A program made the translations under genes and the position numbers. The notes under the pieces are model-generated. The model was not told where the DNA came from, made no database searches, and saw only the letters and a list, made by a program, of their open reading frames with translations. A DNA stretch of 64,000 bases from Myxococcales bacterium (GTDB taxonomy: Bacteria; Myxococcota_A; UBA9042; JABWCM01; BTVJ01): NCBI GenBank assembly GCA_045863395.1, contig BTVJ01000029.1, positions 1 to 64,000 on the forward strand. Direction: 5' to 3'. The first letter of the stretch is position 1. Every line of letters starts with the position of its first letter. Shown here piece after piece: positions 55,983-64,000 of the stretch.

Positions 55983-57592
55983 GTCGGCTCCCGCTCGCCG
56001 TGACCCTTGCTCTCTGCCTCGTCGGGGGCCGGGCAACGGCATGGCAGCCCCTGCGGGCGGCCACCACGGGTGTGCCGGCCCACTGGGAGACCCAGTTCAT
56101 CCCCTGGGAGCGCGCCAACGACCCTGCGGAGCTCCCCACCGAAGACGCCGAGCGCCTCATCCGCCAGGCCTTCGCCGCCTGGCAGGCCGTCCCATGCCAC
56201 CTCCTGAGCTTCGTGGAGCTCCCCCCCGGGCAAGGCCAGGGCCTCACCGTCGACGGCCACAACCGCGTCCGCTTCGTCCGGGTAGGCTGGTTCGGCTCGC
56301 CCGCGGAGGTCGCCATCGCCTCGACCACCATCCACGACGAGACGGGGCGGATCATCGACGCGGACCTTGCCCTCAACGACGAGGGGTTCGAGCTCGTCGA
56401 CGGGGTGGGCCGCTCTCCGGATGCGGTGGACCTGGGCGGCGTGCTCACCCACGAGCTCGGCCACTTCCTGGGCCTCGGGCACTCAGGCGCCGGAGACGCC
56501 ACCATGCGCACCTATCTGCCCGGGTCGGGTGTCGCGGACCTGGCCACCCTGGCGCCGGACGACGTGGTAGGGCTGTGCTCGCTCTATGAACCGGCGGCGC
56601 CCCTGCCCGAGGAGGGGCGTGCGCCGGCCGGGATCCCTCCCGGGGCCCCCCTGATGCTGGCGGGCGTCGGCCTCGCGCTGGTAGGGACGCGGCGCCGCGC
56701 CGGCGTCGCGCTGGCGGTGGCCGTCGCAAGCGCCTCCCCCCGGTGCGCGGGTCCCGGAGAGGATCCGATGCCGTTCGCCGACGCCGTGGACGCCGCGCAA
56801 GACGTTGGCCCGGCGCCTGGCGACTCGGCAGCCCCCCCCGACGTGGGGGCCGACGTGGCCACCGCAGACGCGACCGCAGACGCCAACGCAGACGCCGGCT
56901 CCGTCGTCGCGGAGGCCCTGCTCCTCTCCGAGACCGCGTGGGTGGTCACGGGCTTCGAGACCCTGGAGGAGCCGGGCTTCCCCGCCGACACGGCCCTGGA
57001 GCTCCCTGCCTCCGGCGCCCCGCTGCTCTCGTTCCTGGCCGACGGCAGGGTCATCCGCGCCCGGGCCGGCGACGGCTCGACGAGCTGCGCCTCCCTGGGC
57101 ACGTGGGAGGCGTCCGGCGACACCGTCTCGTGGCGCTTCCCCACGGAGGCCCGCTTCTGTCCGTCCGCCGCGCCGACCCACGCGGAGACCCTCCGCGTCA
57201 CCCTGGATCCCGAGACGGGCGCCCCGGCGCTGCTCTTGCTCGACAGTACCACGCCCATCGGGACCAGCGGCCGCACGATCCGCCCGTACCGAGCGACGCT
57301 GGCGCCGGCGAGCGTGGCCCCGGACCCTGCCATGTGCCCGGCGCCGCACAGCCCCGCGCCGTGCACCCTGAGCTGCTGGGAGGAGGGTGAGGGTCTGGCC
57401 CGCGTCCCGATGTATGCCCTGGGCTGCGGCACCGAGGCGCCTGTCTGCTCCGTGCTCACCGACGCCGTGACGGGCCTGGTCACGCGGCGCCAGTGCCAGG
57501 ACGGCTGCCAGACGGTCACCTGCGACCTGACGGACGACGGAGGCGCCTGCGCGGCCGAGCCGGCGGGCGCGAAGTGCGCGTGGGGCCCGTGA
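55979..57592 (+). CDS. Matrixin (M10) metalloprotease with internal TM/RRR segment and a second Cys-rich domain
   Basis: GTGA overlap; signal peptide; IIDADLALN, HELGHFLGLGHS, Met-turn DATM, LAPDD..GLCSLY. Confidence 0.85.
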   Translation: MSRLPLAVTLALCLVGGRATAWQPLRAATTGVPAHWETQFIPWERANDPAELPTEDAERLIRQAFAAWQAVPCHLLSFVELPPGQGQGLTVDGHNRVRFVRVGWFGSPAEVAIASTTIHDETGRIIDADLALNDEGFELVDGVGRSPDAVDLGGVLTHELGHFLGLGHSGAGDATMRTYLPGSGVADLATLAPDDVVGLCSLYEPAAPLPEEGRAPAGIPPGAPLMLAGVGLALVGTRRRAGVALAVAVASASPRCAGPGEDPMPFADAVDAAQDVGPAPGDSAAPPDVGADVATADATADANADAGSVVAEALLLSETAWVVTGFETLEEPGFPADTALELPASGAPLLSFLADGRVIRARAGDGSTSCASLGTWEASGDTVSWRFPTEARFCPSAAPTHAETLRVTLDPETGAPALLLLDSTTPIGTSGRTIRPYRATLAPASVAPDPAMCPAPHSPAPCTLSCWEEGEGLARVPMYALGCGTEAPVCSVLTDAVTGLVTRRQCQDGCQTVTCDLTDDGGACAAEPAGAKCAWGP

Positions 57593-57632
57593 TGAGAGGT
57601 GACTGGGGGATCGCAGACCCGGGGGATGGGGC

Positions 57633-59228
57633 ATGGAGCAGCGGCTGATCCTGACCGCGATCCTCCTCGCGGCGGCTATCGGGTGCCTGGTGTTTCGCAT
57701 GCGCCGCACGCGCGACCCCGGGCGCTTTGCGGGCGCACTCCTGGTCGCCGGCCTGTCCGGACTTGCCCTGCACCTGGACGGGGCGCCTGTCCCGTCTGCC
57801 ATCGCCATCGGCACCTTCCTCGCCTTCGTGGTGCTGCCCCAGGTCGCTGCACGCGCCGCGCAAGCCAGCCCTGGCGTAGCCTCGCTGGCGACCGCGGTCC
57901 TCCCGCTCGTCTGGTGGGGCCGCGGGGGCCGCGCCATCCGGGACGCCGCGCGGGCCCAGCTCCAGGCATCCCGAGGCAACCTGGCAAGTGCCTCGTCTCT
58001 GCTCGACGCCTGGGGCAGCGACCTCCCGCCCTTCGCACGGGCGGCCGTGGGCTCCGCCCGGGCGACCGTGGCGCTGCACAAGCGGTGCTGGGACGAGGTC
58101 GTGCGCATCGCCGACGAGGTGGCACCCTCCTCAGACCCGGTCCAGCTCCACGCGGCGCGGGCGGAGGCAGAGCTCGGGCGACCCGCCGACGCCTTCGTGC
58201 GCGCGGGCCGGGCCTTGAGGGCCTCACCAGGCACCTGGGACCCGACCGCGCTGGCCGTCGCCGAGGCCGCGGCCTGCGCCACCGCCGGCGACCTGGATCA
58301 CCTCGACCGCGCTCTGGATCGCCCCGAGGGGCGCGCCATGGAGTCCGCCCTCCCGGGGACCGCCGACTATTGGCGCGGTCGCTGCCTCCTGTCCTCGGGC
58401 GACGTGCCGGGGGCTTCCGATGCGCTCAGGCGGGCCCTCGCGACCATCCCGGCCTCCCAGGAGCGCGCCCGTGACGTGGTGCGGGGTACGCTGGACGGCA
58501 CGCTGCGGCACGCCACGGGGCGTCAGCCTGGCTACGAGCAGGCCCGCGACCGCTTCGAGGGGCTCCTGGATGGGATGCTGCCGTGGGCCCGCTTCCTTGG
58601 CGGTCGCGGAGCCATCCCCGTGACCTCGGCCGTGGTCCTGCTCAGCGCGCTGGCCTTGGCACCGCGCTACACGGGGCACGAGGCACTCTGGGGTGAGCTG
58701 CTGGCCCGCTTCGCCAACGTGGGCTCCCTGGTGGTCGAGGAGGGCGAGCACTGGCGCCTCGTCACGGCACTCTTCCTGCACGCCAACCTGTTCCACCTCG
58801 GCTTCAACGCGGCCGCCCTGCTCCTCTTCGGCGGCCCGGTCGAGCGCCTGTGGGGCCCGCTGCGCATGGCCGCCGTCTTCCTCGTCACCGGCCTGCTCGG
58901 CCACCTGGCCAGCGCGCTGTGGCACGGCGCGGACAGCACGGCCGTCGGCGCCAGCACGGGCGTCTATGGAGTCATCGCCGTCTACATCGCCACCCTCCTG
59001 CAGCTCCCGGGGCGCGAGCTGCGCCGCTTCCGGGTGCGGCGCGCCACGCTGCTCCTGGTGGTGGTCGCCTTCGACGTGCTGTTCTCGTTGGTGGAGCCGC
59101 GCATCGACACGGCGGGGCACGTCGGCGGCTTCCTCGCAGGGGCAGCCCTCGCAGGGCTGTGGCTGGCCGTCCGGCGCGCGTCGGCGCCCGCGCCGCCGGC
59201 TCGCCCCCCGGGAGTTGCGGGCGCCTGA
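57633..59228 (+). CDS. Rhomboid intramembrane serine protease with N-terminal TM and TPR-like region
   Basis: WRLVTALFLH, HLGFN, VGASTG (catalytic Ser), AGHVGGFLAG (catalytic His). Confidence 0.9.
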   Translation: MEQRLILTAILLAAAIGCLVFRMRRTRDPGRFAGALLVAGLSGLALHLDGAPVPSAIAIGTFLAFVVLPQVAARAAQASPGVASLATAVLPLVWWGRGGRAIRDAARAQLQASRGNLASASSLLDAWGSDLPPFARAAVGSARATVALHKRCWDEVVRIADEVAPSSDPVQLHAARAEAELGRPADAFVRAGRALRASPGTWDPTALAVAEAAACATAGDLDHLDRALDRPEGRAMESALPGTADYWRGRCLLSSGDVPGASDALRRALATIPASQERARDVVRGTLDGTLRHATGRQPGYEQARDRFEGLLDGMLPWARFLGGRGAIPVTSAVVLLSALALAPRYTGHEALWGELLARFANVGSLVVEEGEHWRLVTALFLHANLFHLGFNAAALLLFGGPVERLWGPLRMAAVFLVTGLLGHLASALWHGADSTAVGASTGVYGVIAVYIATLLQLPGRELRRFRVRRATLLLVVVAFDVLFSLVEPRIDTAGHVGGFLAGAALAGLWLAVRRASAPAPPARPPGVAGA

Positions 59229-59618
59229 CTATCGGACATTCAGCAGGCGCAGGATGGACGCCGCCTCCTCGAGCTGGCGCGCGCGCCTCTGCCATTGCTC
59301 TCGCACCTCGGTGTCGGCCGCGCCTCCCGGGTGATCGAGCCGGCTCATGTCATCCCGCACCACCTCAGTCAGCTCGCGATACCGCACCCGGGCGATGTCG
59401 TAGAGCCCTCTCTTCACGTCGCGCTCCGCCGCACGCCGGCTCTCCTCGATCTGCGTATCCAGCCCCTGGGACTGTCGCAGGGCCTCGTCGAGGGCCCCAT
59501 CGCTCGGCTCCGTGAGCTCGACCTGTGGAGCGTCCTCACCCGGGACCTCTGCCCGTGCGGCTGGTGCCAGGGCGCCCACGACGAAGGCGCAGAGCAGCAC
59601 GATGCGACCGATCCTCAT
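59229..59618 (-). CDS. Secreted hypothetical helical protein (129 aa)
   Basis: AGAGGAG RBS; signal peptide ending ARA-E. Confidence 0.65.
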   Translation of the reverse strand: MRIGRIVLLCAFVVGALAPAARAEVPGEDAPQVELTEPSDGALDEALRQSQGLDTQIEESRRAAERDVKRGLYDIARVRYRELTEVVRDDMSRLDHPGGAADTEVREQWQRRARQLEEAASILRLLNVR

Positions 59619-59846
59619 GACCCAGCTCCTCTGGGGCCTGCTTCTGGAACGTCCCGCCTCGGCGCTCCACGGCCCCATGGCAACTCCCATCGGGCTCCAG
59701 GTCCGCCCCCATGAGCCCTTTGTCACCCTCGTGCGGGCGCCCCCCGACCTGCGGTCCGTGAATACCGTTGACGCTCCCCCGTCGCTGGCGGCCGTGACCG
59801 ATGTCGCAACCGCGCGACAGGATTCAAGATACAAGTGGAGGACCCC

Positions 59847-60305
59847 ATGAAGCAGCTCAACCACCCCGGACTCCGCCGACTCCTACGAGGGCTTCTTCTC
59901 TTCACGGCGTTCGTCGCCCTCAGCGCATCCCGAGCGAGCTGCGAGCTCAGCGGCCCCGACGTCGTGGTCGTCGATCACTCACCGGCTTACGTCCCCGGTC
60001 CACCCGTCATCTATAGCGGCGACGTCTCCATCACCTACGACTTCGGCGGCTGGTCCTGCCAGGACGTCGGGGTCTGGGGCATCGACTTCAGCGTGAGCGA
60101 GGGCGGTCCGAGCGGGCCGGTGTGGGTGGAGGACTGGGCCATCGCCTGCGACCCGTGGGGCGAGATCTACATCCCCGATCTGCCGCTCGGCCGCTACTTC
60201 CTGACGCTGGTGGCAAGGGACCCGTGGGGCGGCGAGGTGTTCTGGTACGACGCGTGGGTCTACCACGAGGCGCCATACACCTCCGTCGACGTCTCCCTCT
60301 ACTGA
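59847..60305 (+). CDS. Exported hypothetical protein (possible lipoprotein, beta-sandwich-like)
   Basis: GGAGG RBS; hydrophobic leader then ASC; Trp/Tyr/Asp-rich; DLPLGRYFLTLVARD. Confidence 0.7.
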   Translation: MKQLNHPGLRRLLRGLLLFTAFVALSASRASCELSGPDVVVVDHSPAYVPGPPVIYSGDVSITYDFGGWSCQDVGVWGIDFSVSEGGPSGPVWVEDWAIACDPWGEIYIPDLPLGRYFLTLVARDPWGGEVFWYDAWVYHEAPYTSVDVSLY

Positions 60306-61069
60306 TCCGCAGTGCCTCCTGGCACACCTCGCGGCAGAGGCTCGTCGTCTCCCCGGCTCAGCACCTCCCACACCTGTCGCGCGGCCTCCTGCTCCGCATC
60401 CTTCTTCGTGCGGCCCACGCCCGTCGCGCACGACACCCCTGTGATGCTCACCTCCGCGTGGAAGGTCTTCTCGTGGTCCGGGCCGCGCTCCTCCACGATG
60501 CGATAGGTCGGGACCGCCTGGAAGCGGCGCTGTGACAGCTCCTGGAGCTGCGTCTTGAAGTCCGACTGCTGGCTGTGGCGTGGGATCTGGGCGATGCGAG
60601 CCGCGAAGTGGCGCTGGATGATGGTCCGCGCCATCTCGAAGCCGCGGTCCAGGTAGACCGCGCCGATGAGCGCCTCGTACAGGTCCGCAAGGAGGGAGGC
60701 CTTGTTGGAGCCACCCGTGAGCTCCTCCCCGCGGCCCAACAACATGAAGGGACCCAGGTTGAGCTCGCGGGCGACCGCGGCGAGGCCCTCCTCGCTGACG
60801 AGGAGGGCACGATAGCGCGTGAGCATCCCCTCCGGCTCCTCGGCGAAGTGCTCGCAGAGGAGGTGGGCGATCACGCAGCCGAGCACCGAGTCGCCAAGAA
60901 ACTCCAGGCGCTGGTTGTCGGCGTCCACCGAGCCGTGCTCGTTCCGGTAGGACGTGTGGGTCAGCGCCTCTCTGAGCAGGCGTCGGTCCTCGAACGTCAC
61001 CTCCAGCAGCGCCTCGACCCCGTCGAGCAGCGGCGCCAGGGCTGCGTCGGTGTCCATCACGCCTGACAT
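60299..61069 (-). CDS. rnc: Ribonuclease III
   Basis: ALTHTSY, NQRLEFLGDSVL, ADLYEALIGAVYLD, dsRBD DFKTQLQE..GPDHEKTF..KKDAEQEAA. Confidence 0.97.
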   Translation of the reverse strand: MSGVMDTDAALAPLLDGVEALLEVTFEDRRLLREALTHTSYRNEHGSVDADNQRLEFLGDSVLGCVIAHLLCEHFAEEPEGMLTRYRALLVSEEGLAAVARELNLGPFMLLGRGEELTGGSNKASLLADLYEALIGAVYLDRGFEMARTIIQRHFAARIAQIPRHSQQSDFKTQLQELSQRRFQAVPTYRIVEERGPDHEKTFHAEVSITGVSCATGVGRTKKDAEQEAARQVWEVLSRGDDEPLPRGVPGGTADQ

Positions 61070-62385
61070 TCGCTCCCTCCCGTCTGTGCTGGCTCGTCCA
61101 GCACTCCCAGCGCCAGCGCCCCCTCGGCGCCGACGATGCGCGCCCGGACCAGCCGATCCGACAGGCGCCCTGCCACCTCGACCTGCACGTAGTTCTCCGA
61201 GGTGCCCCGGCGCCCGACGCCAGCAGGCCCCTCGACGAGCACCTCCACGGTGCGGCCCACCTGCGCACGGGTGAAGGCGCGCCGCCGCTCCTCCGAGAGG
61301 GCGCGGAGCAGGTCCCCGCGGTCCCTCTTCTCTTCGGGGCTCACGTGATCCGGGAGGGCGGCCGCCTCCGTCCCCGCGCGAGGCGAGTAGGGGAAGACGT
61401 GCAGGTACGTGAAGTCCGTGTCCCGCAGGAGGCGCACCGTCTGCTGGAAGTGCTCGGCGGTCTCGCCGGGGAAACCCACGATGACGTCGATGCCGATGGC
61501 CGCGTGGGGGAGGCGCGCCCGGATGGCCCCCATCAGCGCGACGTAGGCGCTCGCCGTGTAGACGCGGCGCATGCGTCGCAGCACCTCGTCGCTGCCGCTC
61601 TGGAGCGGGACGTGGAAGTGGGGACACACCGTGGGCGTACTCGCGGCGAAGTTCAGCATGTCGACGCGCAGCTCGTTGGGCTCGATGCTGGAGATTCGCA
61701 CCCGGGGGACCAGGCGCTCGGCGTCGATGGCCCGGAGCAGCTCGAGCAGGGTGCGGCGGGGGCGCAGGTCGCGCCCGAAGTGACCTACGTGGATGCCGGT
61801 GAGCACCACCTCCTGGGCCCCGAGGGCGGCGTAGCGCCGGATGCCGTCGAGGACCTCCTCGAAGGGGACGCTGCGGTTTCTGCCCCGGGCACGCGGGATG
61901 ATGCAGAAGGAGCACCCGTAGTCGCAGCCGTCCTGCACCTTGACGAAGGGGCGGGTGCGCCCGGCCGGGAGGCGCCGGATCTGGCTCGTGTCCCGCAAGG
62001 ACGGTGCCCAGTCCCTTGCGCGGCGGCTCTCGACGGGCGGGAGGCCCGCCAGGTCCCGCAGCAGGGCCGGCAGGCGCGCCTTGTCCGCGTTGCCGAGCAC
62101 GTGGGTGACCTCGGGCATGGCGCGCACCTCGTCGCCTGCCACCTGCGCGTAGCAGCCCGTGACGACGATGGCAGCCCCGGGGCTCGTGCGGCGGAGCTGG
62201 CGGATGATCTGGCGGGCGTCGCTGTCCGCCGTGTGGGTCACCGTGCAGGTGTTCACCACGCAGATGTCGGCCGGGTCGCGCGGGCCGACGAGCTGCACGG
62301 GGCCGTCCGACAGGGCCTCGGCGAGCATCGCCGAGTCCGCCTGGTTGGCCTTGCAGCCGAGGGTGAGCAGGGCGACGCGGGTCAC
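61057..62385 (-). CDS. mtaB: tRNA t6A37 methylthiotransferase MtaB
   Basis: TLGCKANQAD, NTCTVT, TGCYAQ, KVQDGCDYGCSFCIIP, SSIEP, LQSGSD, HVFPYSPR.GT. Confidence 0.95.
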   Translation of the reverse strand: MTRVALLTLGCKANQADSAMLAEALSDGPVQLVGPRDPADICVVNTCTVTHTADSDARQIIRQLRRTSPGAAIVVTGCYAQVAGDEVRAMPEVTHVLGNADKARLPALLRDLAGLPPVESRRARDWAPSLRDTSQIRRLPAGRTRPFVKVQDGCDYGCSFCIIPRARGRNRSVPFEEVLDGIRRYAALGAQEVVLTGIHVGHFGRDLRPRRTLLELLRAIDAERLVPRVRISSIEPNELRVDMLNFAASTPTVCPHFHVPLQSGSDEVLRRMRRVYTASAYVALMGAIRARLPHAAIGIDVIVGFPGETAEHFQQTVRLLRDTDFTYLHVFPYSPRAGTEAAALPDHVSPEEKRDRGDLLRALSEERRRAFTRAQVGRTVEVLVEGPAGVGRRGTSENYVQVEVAGRLSDRLVRARIVGAEGALALGVLDEPAQTGGSECQA

Positions 62386-63473
62386 GGGAGCGCCTCCTGG
62401 ATCACCCCGCCTCCGAGGACGCGATCCCCCTCATAGAGAACCACCGTCTGCCCGGGGGTCACGGCGCGGGCCGGCGCGTCGAACTGCACGGTGGCAGAGC
62501 CGAGCTCGCAGGCCAGCAGGCGCCCCGGGGCGGCTGGGGTGCGATAGCGGATCTTGACCTCGACGGGTGAACCGGGCGGAGGCGGGGCCCCCACCCAGCG
62601 CACCTCCCGCGCCCGCAGCCCCGTCGCGGTCAGGTCGGCGGCCCCGCCGACGACGACCCGGTTCCGCTCGGCGTCCACCCGGACCACGTAGCGCGGCTCG
62701 GGGCCCGGGACCCCCAGGCCCTTGCGCTGGCCGACCGTGTAGTGGTGGTGGCCGCCATGGCGGCCCAGGGAGAGCCCGTCCACGGAGACGAGGGCGCCCT
62801 CCCCGGGAAGGCGTTCCGCCGCGTGGCGCTCCATGAAGCCGCGGTAGCTCTCCCCGGCGATGAAGCACACGTCCTGGCTCTCGCCCTTCTCCGCCGTGGC
62901 CAGGCCGAAGCGCCGGGCGTGCGCCCGCACCTCGTCCTTCGTGAGCCCCCCGAGGGGGAAGCGCACGGTGGCGAGCTGCTCCTGGTCCATGCAGTAGACG
63001 AAGTAGGACTGGTCCTTCGCCAGGTCCACTCCCCTGCGCAGGGTCCACTCCCCCCGCGCCTCGTCCCGCTCGATGCGGGCGTAGTGGCCCGTCGCGAGGA
63101 TCTCGCCGCCCAGGGCCTGGGCGCGGCGCAGCAGCAGGCGGAACTTCATGACGTCGTTGCAGCGCACACAGGGGTTGGGCGTGCGCCCGGCCAGGTAGCC
63201 GTCCACGAGGTCGTCGACGACGGCTGCGCGGAACTGCTCCTGGAAGTTCGCCACGTAGAAAGGGATGCCGAGCTGGGTGGCCACCCGGCGCGCATCCTGG
63301 ACGTCGTCGAGGCTGCAGCAGGTGCCGGCGCGCTCCACCGGGGCGTCGCCGTGATCCCAGAGCTGCATGGTGACGCCGACGACGTCCCAGCCCGCCTCCA
63401 GGAGCAGGGCGGCCGCGACCGACGAGTCCACGCCGCCGGACATGGCGACGACCGCGCGGGGTCTGGTGCTCAT
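62382..63473 (-). CDS. mnmA: tRNA 2-thiouridine(34) synthase MnmA
   Basis: AMSGGVDSS, TPNPCVRCN, ATGHYA, KDQSYF, ESQDVCF, YTVGQRKG, AVTPGQ. Confidence 0.97.
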   Translation of the reverse strand: MSTRPRAVVAMSGGVDSSVAAALLLEAGWDVVGVTMQLWDHGDAPVERAGTCCSLDDVQDARRVATQLGIPFYVANFQEQFRAAVVDDLVDGYLAGRTPNPCVRCNDVMKFRLLLRRAQALGGEILATGHYARIERDEARGEWTLRRGVDLAKDQSYFVYCMDQEQLATVRFPLGGLTKDEVRAHARRFGLATAEKGESQDVCFIAGESYRGFMERHAAERLPGEGALVSVDGLSLGRHGGHHHYTVGQRKGLGVPGPEPRYVVRVDAERNRVVVGGAADLTATGLRAREVRWVGAPPPPGSPVEVKIRYRTPAAPGRLLACELGSATVQFDAPARAVTPGQTVVLYEGDRVLGGGVIQEALP

Positions 63474-64000
63474 GGGCTCTGGTTCCTTCGTGGAGACAGG
63501 CCACGAGTGCGGGCCACGATGTCGGGGAGCAGCGACAGCACGCGGTCGATCTCTTCGGCGGTGGTGCCGCGCCCCAGGCTGAAGCGAACGGCGGCGCGGG
63601 CCCGCTCCCGCGAGAGGCCCATGGCGAGCAGGACGTGGGAGGGCTCCAGGCTGCCGGCCGTGCAGGCGGAGCCGGACGACACGCTGACGCCCGCCAGATC
63701 GAGGCTGGCGAGCACCACCTCGCCCTCGGTGCCGTCGACGCTGACGTTGAGGGTGTTCGGGAGGCAGCGCTCCGGGTCACCGTTGCGGTGGGCGCCCATG
63801 GCCTCGAGGCCGCGCCAGAGGCGGTCGCGGAGCGCGGCGATGCGCGCGGGCTCTGCGGCGGCCCGGGCGGCCACCCGCGCCGCCACGCCGAAGCCGACGA
63901 TGCCAGGGACGTTCTCCGTGCCACCGCGGCGCCCGCGCTCCTGGTGGCCCCCGAGGAGCAGGGGCGCGGGCTTCAGGCCCCGGCGGACCCAGAGGGCGCC
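63470..64000 (-). CDS. iscS: Cysteine desulfurase IscS/NifS family (5' end outside the window)
   Basis: Open frame to the window edge: GGHQERGRRGGTENVPGI, SSGSACTAGSLEPSHVL, RFSLGR. Confidence 0.93.
   Translation of the reverse strand, partial: GALWVRRGLKPAPLLLGGHQERGRRGGTENVPGIVGFGVAARVAARAAAEPARIAALRDRLWRGLEAMGAHRNGDPERCLPNTLNVSVDGTEGEVVLASLDLAGVSVSSGSACTAGSLEPSHVLLAMGLSRERARAAVRFSLGRGTTAEEIDRVLSLLPDIVARTRGLSPRRNQSP

Noticed and set aside
60299..64000. iscS-mnmA-mtaB-rnc as a novel system
   Set aside because: Ordinary tRNA thiolation and RNA-processing housekeeping cluster.

Overview
A very GC-rich bacterial chromosomal segment. Gene content points to Myxococcota or related deltaproteobacteria: a giant AgmK-like TPR protein, Ser/Thr kinase-PEGA and TPR-PEGA genes, Cys-rich CDDGDPCT-repeat lipoproteins and DAG-repeat linkers. 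About 41 plausible CDSs. Housekeeping: a purine cluster (PurD-PurM fusion, purH, PurS-PurS-PurL fusion, no purQ), a coupled fpg-like/ycaQ glycosylase pair, and iscS-mnmA-mtaB-rnc. Accessory genes: many secreted or lipoproteins, a cytochrome P460-family protein, a PilT with a duplicated N-domain, OmpA, a ComEC-like hydrolase, a matrixin and a rhomboid. The best candidate for an undescribed system is at about 23.3-28.8 kb. It has a 54-aa ORF coupled to a kinase-nSTAND1 NTPase-TM-FGE receptor, then a visibly AT-richer 252-aa orphan, converging on a stand-alone DUF4347-like His/Cys (caspase/CPD-fold) putative protease that lies directly behind the 3729-aa TPR gene. I recognised no rRNA, tRNA, CRISPR array, transposase, integrase or reverse transcriptase. 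All calls come from reading motifs by eye, with no database searches. Start codons were refined from RBS and overlap context and may be slightly off.
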